A DNA stretch of 64,000 bases, taken from positions 254,374-318,373 of the IMG/VR virus record IMGVR_UViG_3300028840_008185; one strand, written 5' to 3'. The notes beneath the pieces are model-generated. The model did not search any database. It saw nothing but the letters and a program-made list of their open reading frames with translations, and was not told the origin of the DNA. The number at the start of each line of letters is the position of its first letter. Position 1 is the stretch's first letter. Positions 62,444-64,000 of the stretch are shown piece by piece. The position numbers were made by a program, and so were the translations under genes.

Positions 62444-64000
62444 TTATGTCATATCGACAATCTGCACAATTGCATTCTTATTTAGGTTTCCGCCAAAAAT
62501 CAGGTTGTTCAAACTTCCTGTCTGTCTGGCCACGTCATTTACCACAGCCGCCTTATTTGCACGAGACACTGCATCATTGTATAGAAGCTGGCCATTTCTA
62601 TAGACAAAAATGCCATCTCTGAACTGTGCATCTGTGTAGCCACCAACAGTAGTTTGATCGCCTTGATCAACAGCACGAGAACTATCCAATGTGTCAATTG
62701 CCGCTTCGGCGGCTGTAATCTCATACACACCACGAGGTGGATCCAAGGTGACATTAACCAGAGCATTATCGATGCCCTTTAAATGTCCTTCTAGGCTATT
62801 GTTACTTCCAATAGGTGTGTAGTTGGTTGGAGTAAACAGGCAGAAATATCCATCAAGCCACCTGTGAGTGTCGTCACCAAGCTGGTGCGTGCAATCTTCT
62901 GGATTAAGATCGCTGTAGATGGTTGAATTCACAATCAAATGATCATCGGAGCTGTCGCCAATTGTAGCATATCCATCTACGTACAAATCATTTTGAACAA
63001 CAACATCACCAGTTGCAAAAATGTGCTCACTTTCAGTGGAGTATATAAGATCTCCAGTTCCATCTGCATGTAATTCTGCCTGATAGGCAGTTCCACCATC
63101 GCCAGTGTTAAAAATTAAGTATGCATCAAGGTCTGTTGTGTCTCCAAGACCGCCAAGGTGAACAGCCGTGTCTTCAAGAGATCCATCAGAATACAACCTA
63201 AAACGGAATCTGTCTCCATTAGTATCATCAGTAATGGTGCATAGGTAACCATCTACAAGTCTGGTGCCACTTCCACCAGACATTATAAGGCAAGGATCCT
63301 CATCAACACCAGCAGTTGCATCCTGATTTACATGCCAAGTAATATTATCTGTTCCCTCAAGATCAGCATTTCCTGCAACTATATTCTCAAGAACTTCTTG
63401 TACATCGTCACCTACTACTCCAGTGATCGGTGACACACCAATTTTGCCTGCGCCAGAATTACCTGCTGCTGTAGATGACAAATCTCCATATGAGTCCCCA
63501 GCACCAATGTAGGCAATTGCCCTATCGGGAACTGCATCGGAGTTTGCATCAAATGACGTGGACAAACCCCAATATCCATCAAATAACCATCCAATTCTGT
63601 TATACCCATCAGCATCTCTAGCCGTTATTCCAGTCCAATCAGAAAGAGCTTCTGTACCATCATTATTGATTGTAAAGATTGGATCTGTAAGAATCGTTTC
63701 TTGAGTATTTATGTATGTGGTGGTTCCATTTACCGTGAAGTCTCCTTGGACAACGGCATTTGAAAGCATTTCGACATCACCTGTGAAAGTAACGTCACCT
63801 GATCCTATCTGATTAATTTCGCCATTATCAGCATGGAGTTCTAATGTAGTGGCACCACCATCCCCGTTTGTCAACACGAGTCCAGTCACGTAGCCATCAT
63901 TAATGTCTCCACCCGAATATCCATCTATTGTTACCTGCGCAAAACTCCAACTATCGTTGGAATCCAATTGATCTGCGCGTAATACTGAACGGTGAGCCAT
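62444..64000 (-). CDS. Fibre/decoration-like structural protein, Asp/Gly-rich, with seven DGY motifs
   Basis: GDFTVNGTTTYINT..TDPIFTIN and LYVDG.ATIGD..DHLIVNS fibre-like beta-repeats. The ATG is at the very last bases, so the true start could lie upstream. Confidence 0.65.
   Translation of the reverse strand: MAHRSVLRADQLDSNDSWSFAQVTIDGYSGGDINDGYVTGLVLTNGDGGATTLELHADNGEINQIGSGDVTFTGDVEMLSNAVVQGDFTVNGTTTYINTQETILTDPIFTINNDGTEALSDWTGITARDADGYNRIGWLFDGYWGLSTSFDANSDAVPDRAIAYIGAGDSYGDLSSTAAGNSGAGKIGVSPITGVVGDDVQEVLENIVAGNADLEGTDNITWHVNQDATAGVDEDPCLIMSGGSGTRLVDGYLCTITDDTNGDRFRFRLYSDGSLEDTAVHLGGLGDTTDLDAYLIFNTGDGGTAYQAELHADGTGDLIYSTESEHIFATGDVVVQNDLYVDGYATIGDSSDDHLIVNSTIYSDLNPEDCTHQLGDDTHRWLDGYFCLFTPTNYTPIGSNNSLEGHLKGIDNALVNVTLDPPRGVYEITAAEAAIDTLDSSRAVDQGDQTTVGGYTDAQFRDGIFVYRNGQLLYNDAVSRANKAAVVNDVARQTGSLNNLIFGGNLNKNAIVQIVDMT

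Noticed and set aside
1-64000. Alternative genetic code (stop-codon reassignment)
   Set aside because: Very long ORFs tile the window under the standard code, and all three stops are used at gene ends (e.g. TAG 43712, TGA 752, TAA 13320).
1-64000. tRNA, rRNA, intron or intein
   Set aside because: Intergenic spaces are under 150 nt with no cloverleaf visible; no interrupted ORFs or intein terminal motifs were noticed.

Overview
Morphogenesis region of a large uncultured myovirus-type tailed virus (Caudoviricetes; host not determinable, no capsid or terminase in the window). Every credible gene except one degenerate HNH/Zn-finger ORF (48311-48811) is on the minus strand. In transcription order (64000 to 1): fibre/decoration and neck proteins, an HExxH peptidase, two beta-helix fibres, a holin-like protein, tail terminator, sheath, two tube paralogs, a tail chaperone pair joined by an A_AAA_AAC -1 frameshift, a short tape measure, tube initiator, hub, spike, gp25-like, baseplate J-like, a 2288-aa LamG wedge, a dockerin-like baseplate protein and a third beta-helix protein. 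A terminator follows, then a ~13.5 kb RHH-led operon of glycosyltransferases, gmd/fcl (GDP-fucose), three SAM methyltransferases, a sulfotransferase-like protein and a radical SAM enzyme. The most striking unexplained signal is the tripeptide Asp-Gly-Tyr. By manual count it occurs 42 times in 13 structural proteins, including tandem DGYDGYDGY, and never in the enzymes, tape measure, tubes or hub. Together with the modification operon this suggests (inference only) a virus-encoded system that decorates the virion at a tyrosine sequon.
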